Shown here piece by piece: positions 13,777 to 27,266 of a stretch of DNA of 64,000 nt (its first letter is position 1; each line of letters starts with the position of its first letter). This DNA is from Lama glama (lineage: Eukaryota), in NCBI GenBank assembly GCA_028534125.1, contig CM052816.1, positions 73,968,001 to 74,032,000 on the forward strand, written 5' to 3'. The position numbers and the translations under genes were made by a program. The notes beneath the pieces were generated by a model. The model had not been told where the DNA came from. It saw only the letters and a program-made list of their open reading frames with translations, and did no database searches.

Positions 13777-16162
13777 TCAAGTCACCAATTAAAAATGCAA
13801 ATACCTTTATCATATTTTTAAGTAAATAGAGCAATTAAAATAATATGCCATGATTGAAATAATAATCCAGAAGTAATCTCTCAGCAATACATTTCTGACT
13901 AAATTCCCAAAGTAAGGCTCACAAAGATCTATGCCACCTACTATCTAAGTAAAGAGACACATACCTGGAAATAGTGTCAGGACAGATTTGACAATGAACT
14001 GTAGAGCAGTAAAAAAAATATATAGGTTCCACAACATACCTGTCCTCCTGAAATCTGTTATTCTGGTAAGATTATGAGATATTAGAATAAAGGGACAGGA
14101 AGTTCTGGTTGTGTGTTCAAAAATTCAGTTCCTGTTAGTTTTGGCAAGCACAAACTTTGAGGGTGGTAAGAAGTTAAGAAGGTCATACACTAAAAGCTCC
14201 ATGGTCGTATGTGTTGATTTACATGACCTTAAATTTTCAGATGAATATTTATAGATGAACACAACTCAAACTAGTTCCCTTACTGAATTGGATTTATGCA
14301 AAAAGCTACAATATATTCTGTTAAGTATCAAGTCAGTGAACACATAATCGACACACTTAGAAGTTTCAAATGTCTACTTTTTCACACCAAATTTTTTTTA
14401 AATTCCATTTTAAAAGTGTTTTAAAATGTGTTTCAAATCCCTCTTTAAAATCAACCCTCAAATAAAGTATGTCATTTCATTAGCTCCCAATTTGCAGTGG
14501 TAGTGCTTTTAGGCTAGTTTAAGCACAGAAAACACAGCTCTGGGAATCACATTTTAAAAGGAAACAGAATCACAAACACCGGGTCAATACTTTGTTTCAC
14601 AGCATTAATTTACCTATAAGACACCTTTATCTATTATTCTCATTTCAGCTATTGATCTGGTGATGCATGTGGTTTTACCTTCTGGACTTTAATTAAGACT
14701 CTGACAAGGTCTATTTTTCTTCAGTAAGAATCTATAATATAGATTTAATAAAAACTAGAGGACAACTTTGAATTAATTCTTCTGGCCCCTATCAAATGCT
14801 CAGCTGAGAATGCTGGCATCTGAGAGAGTCAAGCCAACAGAATATTTCCCTGAAGGTACATTTTGGATCACTAATTCCTCAATATATTAATAGGCTTGAC
14901 TCGAAAAAGAGGCCCTAAGGTCAAGTAGTTTATTAATGCAAGTACAAAACTATATGTTTCAGTTATATAAGTTTCTATGTTATAGGATTTCTCAGTGCCT
15001 TTAACAGGCTCATACACATTGTGAATCTCTAAAAGGAACATAGGGCATATCTAAAACTTATGCACAACCTACTAATCCTTTCTTCTGTGACATCTCAAAA
15101 GGTTTTGATCCTTAGAATACCCATTAGAATGGATTATACTTATTTTTCTATTTTCCCTAACCTCTTTTATTATATCAAGTTATATTACCAAGTATCAGCA
15201 CACCTAAACACTTAAAAACTTAAGTTGAATTACTATTTTTTCTCCATATCCTAAATTTTATTATTAATTTTCTATAGCAAAAAACAGTTGTGTGTCTTCT
15301 GCAAAAACCACTATTTAAGACCCTATCAAGTTATTTAGGGATCTGTAGATTTTAAAATTTTTTAAAATTAAAAAACTATGAGATTGATTCCCACTTAGAA
15401 ACTAATGCAGAAAAAGCTGGTCTTTCCTGAAAAAATCAGAATTTTAACTTTTAATTTTAACTTGGTAATCATGCTTATTTAATCCATACTTCCCTACTTG
15501 CCTTGGTTACAGAAGGCTTAGGATTTAGGTTAAAGTTCAACTCTAGTAATTATCTGTATTGGACTCTTGATACAGAGTATCAATCATTCTCTGAATGATT
15601 TTTTTACTTCAGATTTTATTTGTAAAACTCTTTAACATATAGTTTTCTATTATACAATACCTTAACACCTTTTATTAAAGTAGGCAAGATCACTCGACAC
15701 TCAGCCCAACGTTGCTTTTTCCAGAATAGTCCTGCCCTCTCTAAAAATACCATGTAAGTCAGTTAAATCACTATTCCTTCAAGGTATTAGAAGATCACTG
15801 TACATTCAGTCCCCGGAGTTCCATGCCTCCTGCCCATTCTAGCAGCAGTTAAATATTCACCTGTAGGCATTTTAGACATACATGAACCAAATTTTCCCTA
15901 CCCAGTAAGAAGGGAATTTCTACATCGCAAAAGTAAAAAGGAAGATCATTTCTCTTCTCATGGTTAAACATAGGTCGCACGGTCTGATCAAAGTTCTACT
16001 GGAACATGATGAATATTCACAACATGCAACCATTTCTTTGAGAAAAAGGCATCGTTCGAAAATATGAGAAGCTATAACAATAGAAAAAGTAATTCAATCT
16101 CTCTATGGGAAGATTTCAAAAAGTCAGCATGCCATAAATGGAAAGGGGAAAGGAATAATTAC

Positions 16163-16392
16163 TTTGACCACCAAATCAGAAGCCAGCGCTTCCTTCGCCC
16201 CTTGGATTTGGGCACCTGCTGCTCTGTAGTGATCGTCTGAGAATTTGGAAGCTTCGCCAGCACCCGACTCCACAACAACATTAAAACCCTGCTTGACCAA
16301 CGCCTGAACACCTGCAGGAGACAACGCCACTCGCTTCTCATTCTGGAAAATCTCCCTGGGGACCCCAACAGTCAGTTGCTTATACGGAATTC
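16163..16392 (-). CDS. NNT: NNT exon 3 ([28 protein letters not shown]...LASDLVVK)
   Basis: Acceptor tgtag|GAATT, donor AAA|gtaatt; 230 nt; ORF 16124..16408. Confidence 0.97.
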
Positions 16393-18680
16393 CTACAACA
16401 AAGGCCAAAAAACAAACAAAAAAATTGGAAGTCAGTGATTTAATAATACAGTTCAGAAAATGGAAATGGGAAGTCTATTCAAAACATACTGCACATACAG
16501 CTTGCTGTTCTAAATGATATTTCTGATTCGTATTCATAATCTTTTGGCTTTTTTGATAGATGGGAAATTTTTGTAACCACTCTCCTGAAAATCCTAAACA
16601 GTTTAACCAAATGGCTCTCTTCAAGGAATATAACTAGCTTAGTTTATTCTTCAGAAAAAAAAATGGGTTGAGAGACCACTCAACATGCTAACTCTGCTCT
16701 TCAAAGTAACTCTCTCTGGTTTATAGCCTCCTCATTTTTACCTTTAAGGAAGACAGGAATAATTAGCTATTTTGAAAAACAGCTCTGTGCTAGACACTTT
16801 GATGGCCTGCCACACTCAAAGTCCTTTTCTTGGCAATTGGCCCCAGGCAATTCCTCACAGATTTCCAAGTGTTATATCTTAAACCTTTCTATTCTTAAAG
16901 GAGAGGTCAGCAGCTGGGTCAAAGATAACAGTCTACAGCAGCCTTTGAGTGACAAACTGATGGTAACTTCCTAAGATGGATCACACTGACAACATCTAAA
17001 CTCACTGATTAATCTTCCTGACAGTTAGTACACAGCAGCACCTACGAAGTATGATTGTCAAAAAAAAAAAGCAAACCTGAGTCTGATCAAGCTTGTAGAT
17101 CTAGCTAAATATTACAGAAAATACAAGGGACAGACAAACTAGTTAAATAATACTAAGGGAACTCAGCCAGTCAAACCTAGAATGTGAGAAATTCTACAGG
17201 AAAACAACTAAGTTCTCCAACAATTAAAAAGGAAACAGAAGAGAGGAACATACAGATCAAAAGAGACCCAAGAGATACAGCAAGCAAACACAACACATAG
17301 ACCCTGTTTGGATCATTATTTGAGCGTGGCAACTGGTGGGGGAAAAAAAAAGGAAAAAGAAAAAAATTGAGAAAATATTAATATTGACTGAAACTACTTT
17401 TCATGCTTTTCAACATGGTAATGAAACTGTGGTTAAGATTAAGGAAAAAGCAGAATCCTCCTCTGTTAGAGATAAAAAATAAACATCTAGGAAGTGGTCA
17501 AGACCCAGAAATCTCACAAGTCTCATGCATGGTTGACTCAGAGATCTCGATGTCCTTGCTGCTCACAAGGACAATTCCCATGTCCTCAATGCAGTTATTG
17601 ACTTTTACTTTACACACAATTTTATCACACTGGATAATCTGGCTTTCTAGAACACTTAAAAAAATCTGAAGATAAGCCTGAGGGCTCTCAAGGCAGGTAC
17701 CCTGCCAATAACGACCTGTCATGTGAGAACAAGAAAAGAGGCTGTGAAATCAATTAAAAGACAGATAAGAACTCAAATAGCAGTTTAGGCAACCTTAATG
17801 CACAAACAGTCCTACAAACTTAAATTTAAAAAGGAAGTATTCTATGTGGCAAAGACTTCTGGTTCCCTGCTCCCCCATCCCCAAATAGCCATGCTGTTCC
17901 TCCACCCTAGTAACAGAAAGACATTTTCACTTGAGTATGTTGCCATCTGGAATAAAAAAACTAAATCTCCGAGTCTCCCCTTCAGCTACAGATGGCCACC
18001 TGTCTGAGTTCCAGCCAATGAGGTGTAACAGTGTTAAGAGAGTCTTTGGGCAAGACGCTTAAAGGAGTCTGACTCGCTCGCTTAGAAGCCTCTCCTCTTA
18101 GCCTCTCCTCCTTCCAGCCAGCACCCCAGGACAGAAGCAAGAGGGAGTCCTAGCAGGGAAGGCCATGTAAGCCGCTGGAAGACTTCAGCTCTTACTCTAT
18201 GTGGGCTAGGAAGCCAGCTGCAAATTCTAAGTAGAAGAGTGATATGACTTTGATTTCAAAAAGATAATTCTCTCTGTCTTGTACAGAACAGACTCTAGCG
18301 GAGCGCAAAAGTAGAAAGCACAGAAACCATTTAGAGGACTAGTTAAGAGTCCATGTGACAGATGACGGTGGCTCAGACCAAGACAGTAACAGTGGTGATG
18401 GTGAGAAAAAGACAGATTCCAGATACAAGGAAGAGCTGACCTATACCTATTATGAGGATCTGGCATGACTCTGAGGTTTCTGACCGAAGCAACTGAGAAG
18501 TTGCCATTCACTGAATTAATAAACATTAATGCAGATCAATTAATACAGTTAGTTCCTAATTTTTGAGCATGGCTGAGCCATGTATGGTACAGTCTCCCAA
18601 TACTGACTAGGAAAGAGGAAGAGCTGCTGGAGAAATGGTTACTACAAGCAATAGTTTCCTGGGTACAACTCAATTGATTT

Positions 18681-18806
18681 TTTTTTTTGGTGGGGGAGGT
18701 AATTAGGCTTACTTACACATTTATTTTAAATGGGGGTAAGGGGGACTGAATCCAGGACCTCGTGTATGATAAGCATGCACTTTACCACCGAGCTATACCC
18801 TCCCCT
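18681..18806 (-). mobile_element. Vic-1-like SINE
   Basis: Reverse complement GGGGAGGGTATAGCTCGGTGGT..GTCCTGGATTCAGTCCC..poly(A); exact TSD TCAATTGATTT at 18670-18680 and 18807-18817. Confidence 0.9.
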
Positions 18807-19043
18807 TCAATTGATTTAATCGTTTTTCTTTTTCTATTATTTTTTCCTCTCTGTTAGTACTGACAGTCAGGAACTTCCATACATGGAAAATGTAAGAAAG
18901 CACTCACTTGTTTTTTTACGCAAAATGATCACGCGCAAGCACCGGGCTGTAAAGCTGCACGGCTTCTCCTTTTCTCTCTCATCAGATCTATTGGCTCCTA
19001 CGACTTGCAGGTTTGACTTACATACGTTGAAATAAGACTTTAC

Positions 19044-19194
19044 CTGGTTTTACAGGGGCTTTACACCACAGCGCCTGGTGAGTATGAAATGTTCGTAAAA
19101 CATCCTTCTTCCCAGGTAGAACCTTACAGGACCCCAAACTGCTAAGTAAAGGACACGAACAGCCAGTCACCACTGTTTTCAGTAGGTTCGCCAT
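19044..19194 (-). CDS. NNT: NNT exon 2 coding part: start codon and mitochondrial transit peptide; the exon extends as 5' UTR to 19246
   Basis: ATG at 19194-19192 in AACATGG context; [50 protein letters not shown]; donor CAG|gtaaag; acceptor ttcctttag|TGATTT at 19246. Confidence 0.97.
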
Positions 19195-21557
19195 GTTCAC
19201 AGCAGCTCCCAACTTCCTGAATCCCCAACTTCCTTGAGGTAAATCACTAAAGGAAAGAAAACAAAACATTTACGTGCTGAGAAAACCATACTTTGTCTTT
19301 TGAATATCAAAAACATTTTTTAAAAAACTATTCAAAGAGCTTGGAATATAATAGTTGATCATGGGCGTCTACAATGAATTTAGTTGCTGAGTCCATTACA
19401 CACAGAAAAGGATGCTTCAAAAGTTTGTTTCCAATTCACGTATTTAAAACTTGGAATCTACTTTCCCACTTAAATTGTAGTTATAAACTCACTGTTCAAT
19501 TCCAAGCCTAGGTCACATAAGTCTAGTTGATCCTTAATGTAGCTGGAAAGTTTTATAAAGTCTGCTCACATCTTACATGAAATACTATCTTCTAAGTCAG
19601 CATGTCCAATAAAAATTACATAAAATCAAAATTACCCTTAATTCCTCTTAAATTGTCTAAAATACTGCACAATACAGTAGTAGGTGTTCTATCACCATGC
19701 TGTACAGAAAACACTGGCATCCTTTCACTGCAGCCGGATGTTCATACCGTGAGATCCCCCTCAACCGAGACTGAGTAAACTTGAGATTCACATTTGCCAG
19801 GTGTACAACTCAAGAAAATTAAAAACATGCATGAGATATGACCCCAATTAAAAAAAGAAAGAAAAATTCCATGGTTAACTTTAACACACAGGTGTGTGCC
19901 TGCAGATGTGGGCGTAACTAGGAATTCTTCTGTCAGAGGTTCTCAAAGTGGCCACTTTTTGCCAGCTCTGCCCAAACTAGGTGAAGGGTCATTGACCTTT
20001 GCTGTTTCTGAGGCTCCCGTGGCAGACCCGAGGGGTGCGTGGAAGGCACTTTCACCACCCCGCTGACTCCCAATGTTCTCTTTCCTTCAAAAATGGTAAG
20101 GAGAAGACCTGGAACTCTACCAGTTAACCTCAGCCAACTCCACTAACTATGCCTTTAGACTTTGCCCTATCATGTCAGCCCCTCCTAGGGCCCAGCCCGT
20201 AAAACCAGCAGACTCTCTAAACATACTTCCAGCCTCCAGGGGAGGAAGGGTCTAGCTCATTTTTCATTTCTTAACTGCTGCCACAACTCCCTGAAGCAAC
20301 TTCCTACAAACAGCAAAAAGCAACACTAGAAACAGAAATGCACAATCCAGGTAATGCTTATTCTTAAGATGCCCTTTAATTGAACCAACATGCCCTGAGG
20401 GCTGAGTCTCAGAAGCACAGCAGTTAGGAGCATCTGTAGAATTAAACTGGCATAGGTTACAGGCTTGGAGATAAGAAAAGTCAATAACACGAAAAGCATA
20501 AAATAACACAAGTCCAAAGTTCTTCAAGGCATCACAGGAGATCATGTCTTCCCACAGGGCTAAGAAAAGAAAGAGAAAGGCATTTGAGAAGGAAAGGATG
20601 ATAAGAGAAAAGCTAAGGAGGAGGGAGCACACAAGATGTGTTCAGGCATACAACCAAAAATACATATGAATAATTTTTTTGCATTTGAATGGAAGGTTTT
20701 ATATTTTCAAAGTGTTTCCATATATGTCATTTCATTTCAGTCCTAAAGCATTACTAAGTCCCATAAATACTCTCCTCATTCATTCATGGGTCACTGCTAG
20801 GGTTATTCATGGCTAAGAATGGAGAGCAAATGAGCTCAAAATTCAGCAATCCATTCAAAACATTCACTGACTCTACACCAAGAACTGAGGGAGATACAAA
20901 GACATATAAAAGATAATTCTTGTCTTGAGGGAGATTTGGTCCCACCATTACCAATGACCTAGTCCTATCCCAACAGTCCCACTTTCCATGGTTTCTCTTA
21001 GATCATCTCTGCTCCCCAACAACCACCATTCTCATCAGGATGGTGAAGCTTGCCCAGACCTCATCAGCAAAAGGACAAAGTAGCAATAATGGAGCCCAAG
21101 TATCATCTAAGCCTGCCACTCACTCGCTGTTTGACCTGACTCTCTCTGCACCTCACTCTACTCATCTATAAAAGGAGCACAGAAAGGCTCCTTTGTAGGG
21201 CCCCATTAGGCTCTAGAAATTTTACGATTAGATGGGCTTTTGCAATGCTTTAAAGCTGAAGTCCTGTTTCATGGCCTAAAGCCTGGAAAATTTGCCCTAT
21301 CTTCTTGAAAAGTGGTAATTTGATGTTGAGCAGACTCCTGGCATCAGATGTCAATAGGGCAAGGCCTTCAGGGACCAATTTCTCCCCCAAATTCCACTTG
21401 ATTCAAGTTAGGGGCATACAAGATAGTGATCAGGAGATAGTTGCTTGGTAAGAAATTATCACTAAGCCTAAATTAAATAAAAACGACCCTGAAAGATATT
21501 CAGAGAATATGTGAACCATGTTATTACAAGCCCAGTACTTGTTAACACCAAAGATAG

Positions 21558-21690
21558 TACAGTTGACCCTTGAACAGCAGGGGTTTGAACTGCACTGGTC
21601 CATGACTGTCATTCAACAGTAAATACTACCATATATAAACAGCCTGTGGTCAGCAGAGTCCTCGAGGGGAAGGAACTACAGACGTAGAGA
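21558..21690. mobile_element. Tigger2-like DNA transposon end fragment
   Basis: TA-CAGTTGACCCTTGAACA terminal inverted repeat followed by gggtttgaactgc. Confidence 0.7.
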
Positions 21691-21959
21691 GCCATTATTC
21701 TAGACTCAGCTGTATTCCATCTTAATAGGCACACTTTCCCCTATCTTCACTTTAAAGCTCTCTACTCTTCCACTACCCACATGTTTCTATGAGTTTGAAG
21801 CAATGGAGAAAAACTTTACAACTCAAAATTGAAAAAACAAAATTTTTTTTTTTAGTATCGCATTCATACAGCCATTTAATGTAAGTTATTTGGGTAACTA
21901 TCTCCCCTAACAGATGAAAATACTTGGGGGCAAGCACCTGAAAGAGGATAGCAGAGACG

Positions 21960-22150
21960 CTAAGAGAGTGAACTGTTGGCTGGAAGCCCCCATCCTGTAA
22001 CTTACCGGCTGTGTCATCTTGCCAAGTCAGTCACTTAACTTCTCTGTACCTCACTTCCTCATCTTTAAAATGGGGATAAAAATAGTAGCACTTACCTTAG
22101 GGTTCTTGTGAGGAATAAAAGTACACAGTACCTTTATTGCTATTAGTATT
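21960..22150. mobile_element. MIR SINE in NNT intron 1
   Basis: ctgtgtcatcttg..aagtcacttaacttctctgtacctcacttcctcatctttaaaatggggataa. Confidence 0.8.
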
Positions 22151-22553
22151 CACTTTGGTATTACTTCTGGCCCAGGGCCTTACATAAAAAGAGACGAAAT
22201 CCACAAGTATTGTTTGAGTGAATGAATGAATGACCAGGGCTAGGTAACCTGAAGCTTGGGTATCTATGAACGCATTCTCCAAGGCGTTTCAGGAAATTTC
22301 TTTCGAAAATAAAATGCTGTGTAGCCTTGTGGAAAAGTGATTCCATCAGCAAAGGTAAGCAGCCAGAGCACACTTGCTGATAAGGAAGCAATCCTAAACT
22401 GTCCATTCAATTAAAAAACAGCCGAGGTTTGCAAATAAAAGGGGTATGATGGAGAAGAGGAGAACATTTTTTAAACATTTTAAAAGTGCATATGCAAGCT
22501 CCACCCTTTCGAATTCTAGAGCCTGTCCTATAAGATTCCTGACAAACATCTCT

Positions 22554-22626
22554 TAAGGACTGCCCTGCACCACAGGGCGAATAAGGACTGCCCTGCACCA
22601 CAGGGCGAATAAAGGACGCCTGCAAC
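22554..22626. repeat. 28-bp tandem repeat (two exact copies plus a degenerate partial third), each unit internally palindromic
   Basis: TAAGGACTGCCCTGCACCACAGGGCGAA at 22554-22581 and 22582-22609. Confidence 0.95.
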
Positions 22627-22699
22627 TATAATAAACAAGTTACGCTTTTAAAGCGAGATCAGCCAAGGACACAATACCCTACAGAAGTTTAGAGTGGCA

Positions 22700-24300
22700 G
22701 GCAGTGTGACGTCGCCCAAAGCCACGGGTTCAGCTCCTCCCTCGGCCACTGAACTACCACGGGCTGGCATTTGCCGGGGACCGCTATTTATAACCTTCCC
22801 CGGAAGCCGATTGGCTGAGGGGGCAGAATAGTCATTCCGCCTCCGGAGTTCGAATCAGCTCAGCCCCTTCCTTCCCCCTCCCCCGCTGTCTCTCCCGGAC
22901 CCCCAGTCCTAGCCCCAACGCAAGCTTGCCCGGACCACCACCAGCTCGCCCCGACATACACTCACAACTTTGGCTCGCCTCCTCCTAGGTCTCCAGCTGG
23001 TCACCGACCCCAAATTCCCTCCAGATTCGAAAACACTTTGGGGCGTCCAGCTGCCACCTATCGAGAGTCCTCTATGACCTCCCTTCCCCCTCCCATCTTG
23101 TGGGCTGAAACGACCCTATGCAGCTCCTGCCGCCCCCTAAAGCTCCAAAATCTGCACTGCACCTGCGCAGCTGACGCCTCGTTCCCTGCGCTCTCAAATC
23201 CACCAGAGACTCAGCTCTCAAATCCACCACCCTCCTACCTCCTTCCACTTTGCCCCCTCAAGAGACAGGAAACGGTGGCCTCGAGGCACGGTTCTCCTCC
23301 TTGAGGGCCCAAGGCTGTCGGCCTGCCGGCGCCCGGGTGCACCCGGTGCCCGGGTCACTGCTGACCCCGCCCCCCTCAGCTCCTTGACAGGTCTCCTTCC
23401 CGACCCGGGCGGGATCACCAAGACGAGCCCCGCGCCCCTCCCCAGCTGCGCCCCAGGCGCGCGTCCCGCTGCCCACGCTGCGACGCTCACCTTGGCGGGG
23501 AGGTCAGGCAGCCGCGGGCCGCGAGGGGACGCCGCGCTGGCAGACCCGGGCTCTGGCCCCGCGGCGCGGAGCCTCCAACCCGGAAGAACAGCCTCAACCC
23601 GCTGGCGGCGCAGGCCACGTGACCGCGGCGCAGCCCTCACCCCAGCCCCGCGCCCCTTCCCCGCCAGGCCTTTCTTCCCGCCCGGCCCCGTCTTTCAGCC
23701 AGCCCGCCCGCCCTCTCACCCGACGGGAAAGCGATACCACGAAAAGCCCCCTCAGAGCGCAAAGGCCTGTTACCGTAAGGGTCGCTTCCCTCTCCTCGGT
23801 GGCAGCCAAGACCTCTTTGTCTCGGGCTCGACCTAAGAACCCCCCCAACCCCCTCCCCACCTCGGCGCTTTCCCATGGCCCGTCCTTGTCAGTCAAACCT
23901 GGAGCCAAATGCAGAAGCCGAAGTTTCCAGGGCTACATTTGTCCTCCTCTAGAGACCCAGTTACAAAGTTATGATTTCCTCTCCAGTGTCCACCAGAACA
24001 AATAACATAATAGAATGCCGCTTTTGGTACCTGACTCCTCTGGCTCTCTAGGGAAAATCAGAACTTCTGAAACGAGAGGACCAAAAGAAAAGTAGGAGGA
24101 GGCCAGGAGGTGGTGAAAGGCGGGAATGGAGGCGTTGTTTTTCCTTTCAGGACGGAGAGGTGGAGTTAAATTCTTCCAAAACGATGTCAAGGCCCGAAAA
24201 TTAACACACATCTGCATACCAGTCTTCCAACGTCCCGCCCAGAGAAAGCCTTGTTGCCACTCTTAGTATTAACATAAAGGCGCTAGAGAGCGCCCTTGGT
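22700..24300. promoter_or_regulatory. NNT promoter CpG island (likely bidirectional) with E-box CACGTG at 23616-23621 (GGTCACGTGG on minus, USF/MiT-type), ETS CCGGAAG at 23580-23586, GC boxes, CRE-like TGACGTC near 22707 and CCAAT near 22810
   Basis: Very high GC and CpG density against AT-rich flanks; motifs read directly; binding not demonstrated. Confidence 0.85.
23491..23620 (-). other. NNT: NNT non-coding exon 1 (5' end approximate)
   Basis: Strong donor AAG|gtgagc at 23491/23490 within the CpG island; no ATG in the exon; splices naturally to the 19246 acceptor. Confidence 0.75.
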
Positions 24301-25022
24301 GGACTTTCAGGGTCCTGACCAGGCCTAGGCTGATTTTTGCAAAACTGCTGAAGAACTCAAGACCGTAATGACTTCCTTTACTTAGTCTGCAGGTGTCTCC
24401 TGACTTAAAGTGGAAGGAATAAGATAAAGAGTATAAATTGATTCACTAGCCCAAAGCTGAATCATCATGAAATGTCAGTACTGTGTCACTGCTTTTTTAC
24501 TGTAATTGAAGTAACTAAGATGAGTTTAAAAAATTATGAATTGCAAAGAGCACGAAGCAAAACATTCCATATCCTTAAAAAGAAATAAACTGCAAGGAAA
24601 CCCTTACTTTGAGAACATCTCTTGTGTTCAACCAACACAGAAGGTCATTCAACTAGTGGACTCTCACTGCCATCCAGACGAGGTAAAACACTGTCCTTGT
24701 CCTGGAAGAGTTGTCATAGACAGGAAAGGACACAGCCCCATGTTTTAAATAGTAATAAGCCATGATAAGGGCCTGGATAGAGACAGGTTCAAGATACAGT
24801 AAGTACAATGAGATAGGAGTAATTGATAAGGATTCAAACTAAGCTCCTTTCACAATATATGCCAGTCAAAACAGTATGTTGCACACCTTAAACATATTCA
24901 GTGCTGTATGTCAATTACATCTCAATAAAACTGGGGGGGAACTAAGCACCTGTTTTAAAATGTTTGGGGGGGGTGTGTGAGGGGGATTTACTTCTTTTCT
25001 CTTTCAATGCTTAAAAATCAAT

Positions 25023-25238
25023 CAGTGGTTCCCAGCTGGGGACAAAATTAGGGTAGAGTTAGGATTGGGGTTAGGGTTAGTGCCTGGAAACACTCTGGTG
25101 GTCACAACTGGAAAGGGGAGGCAGCTAATGGGTAGAGGCCAGGGATGATGCTAAACACCCTACATTACACAGGAAAGCCCCTTAAAACAAAGAATTATCT
25201 GGCCCCAAACACCAGTAGTGCTAAGACTGAGAAACCTG
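25023..25238 (+). mobile_element. MER20 hAT-Charlie DNA transposon carrying a telomere-like tract
   Basis: Ends CAGTGGTT..AAACCTG; internal gtcacaactgg, gggtagaggccagggatg, aaagaattatctggcccc are diagnostic of MER20. Confidence 0.85.
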
Positions 25239-26072
25239 GGCTTAAAGAAATGCTCAACAGCTTATTTAATTTGATTTACTTGCAATTATATGACAGAAGA
25301 ACAAATCCAAAGATGACATTAATTTTTCCTTTTTCTGTTAAATAATAAGCATATTGTAATTTTAAATACTCATTCTGCTCATTTGGCCAACATAATTTGG
25401 GTGCCATTGCTCCAGATGAAAATATCTTTCGTTTGGAGAATTCTGTTCAGGTTTTAAGCTCCTATATAATAATTACCATAGATTAATAGGAATCCCCAAA
25501 GAGAATTAGGTTCATTTCAAAAGTTTGTTTGTAAGTTAGTTACTTCTGAATCTTAGACACTGTCTTGCATAAAATGTTTGCAAAGATTTTATATCCTCTA
25601 TTAGGTGGTGACGGCTTTTGTTTGTTTTGATATCTGCTCCTTCCTCCTCAGCTTTCTCAGCCTTCAACCCCTATGAGAATAGTCTGTCTCACATGTATGC
25701 AAGTTTTTATTATAGATTGTTCATGACTGGATATTTTAATTTTAAATATATTTTAAAATTAAGATACACATTGAAATTTAAACCCTCTGAAATGTAGGAG
25801 ACTTTGTACCCACAAATGCTTAAAAATAGTGTTTAATATTTTAAATCTTAACCTATCAAAAGGAAAGGTTACATTTTTAGAAGTGTGTTACACACCATTA
25901 GGATCATCTTTGAAACCTCAAACCACACAGGTGCACAATAGCCAAAACTCAAAGTGTAGACTGAGCCTGAGAAAATATGTGTTCACAAACTGAACTCTAA
26001 AGATGAGGTGTTACAAAACCCTGCATTTAGTTAAAGCCAAGCCAGAGAATAAGTCAATTTTTATGCTTTGTG

Positions 26073-27266
26073 TTTTTTTTTAATTGAAGTACAGTAAGTT
26101 ACAATATGTCAATTTCTGGTGTACAGCACAATGTCCCATCATGCATATACATATATAAATTCATTTTCATATTCTTTTCCATTGAAGGTTATTACAAGGT
26201 ATTGAATATAGTTCCCTGTGCTATACAGAAGAAATCTGAGTTTTTTAATCTATTTTTATATATAGTGGCTAACATTTGCAAATCTTAAACTCCCAAATTT
26301 ATCCCTTCCCACCCCTTTTCTCCACATAAACATAAGATTGTTTACTATGTCTGCAAGTCTGTTTCTGTTTTGTAGATGAGTTCATTAGTGTCCTCTTTTT
26401 TCTTTTTTTTCAGATTTCACAAATGTGTGATATATGGTATTTTTCTTTCTCTTTCTGGCTTACTTCACTTAGAATGACAGTCTCTAGGGCCATCCATGTT
26501 GCTGCAAATGGCATTATCTTATTCTTTTTATGGCTGAGTAGTATTCCATTATATAAATATACCACAACTTCTTTATCCAGTCATCTGCCAATGGACATTT
26601 AAGTTGCTCCCGTGCTGTTATATATAGTTCTGCTATGAACATTGAGGTGCATGTATCTTTCCGAATTAAAGTTCCCTCCAGATATGTGCCCAGGAGAGGG
26701 ATTGCTGGATCATATGTTAAGTCTGTTTTTAGTTTTTTGAGTAATTTCCATACTGTTTTCCATAATGGCTGCACCAAACTACATTTCCACCAGCAGTGTA
26801 GAAGGGTTCCCTTTTCTCTACACCCTCTCCAGCATTTATTGTTTGTGGAGTTTTTGATGATGGCCATTCTGACTGGTGTGAGGTGATACCTCACTGTAGT
26901 TTTAATTTGAATTTTTCTGGTAATTAGCAATATCAAGCATTTTTTTCATGTGCCTATTGGCCATCTGTATGACTTCATTGGAGAATTGCTTATTTAGGTC
27001 TTTTTCCCAGTTTTGGATTGGGTTATTTGTTTTTTTGTTACTAAGTTGTATAAGCTGTTTATATATCCTAGAAATTTAAGCCCTTGTCAGTTGCCTCATT
27101 TGCAAATATTTTCTCCCATTCTGTAGGTTGTCACTGTGTTTTGCTTATGGTTACCTTTGCTGTTCAAAAGTTTCTAAGTTTAATTAGGTCCCATTTGTTA
27201 ATTTTTGCTTCTGTTTCTATTGCCTGGGTAGACTGCCCTAGGAGAGCATTGCTAAGATTTATGTCA
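26073..27266 (-). mobile_element. 5'-truncated, relatively young L1 (ORF2 C-terminus plus camelid-type 3' UTR)
   Basis: ORF 26514..26936 [48 protein letters not shown] is the L1 ORF2 Cys-rich C-terminus; poly(T) at 26073. Confidence 0.95.

Noticed and set aside
21998..22100. Two consensus minus-strand donors (CCG|GTAAGT, AAG|GTAAGT) in a MIR in NNT intron 1
   Set aside because: No convincing matching acceptor identified; exonisation cannot be supported from sequence alone
22554..22626. Palindromic 28-nt repeats resembling CRISPR direct repeats
   Set aside because: No spacers, only two full copies, no cas genes, mammalian context
23038..24005. ORFs of 70-150 aa over the NNT promoter
   Set aside because: CpG-island artefacts, mostly non-ATG starts, no recognisable domain
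24278..24303. CTCF-like sequence GCGCTAGAGAGCGCCCTTGGTGG
   Set aside because: Only a partial match to the core in either orientation; needs a PWM scan or ChIP data
26514..26936. 140-aa ORF as a possible gene
   Set aside because: C-terminal fragment of L1 ORF2 in a 5'-truncated element
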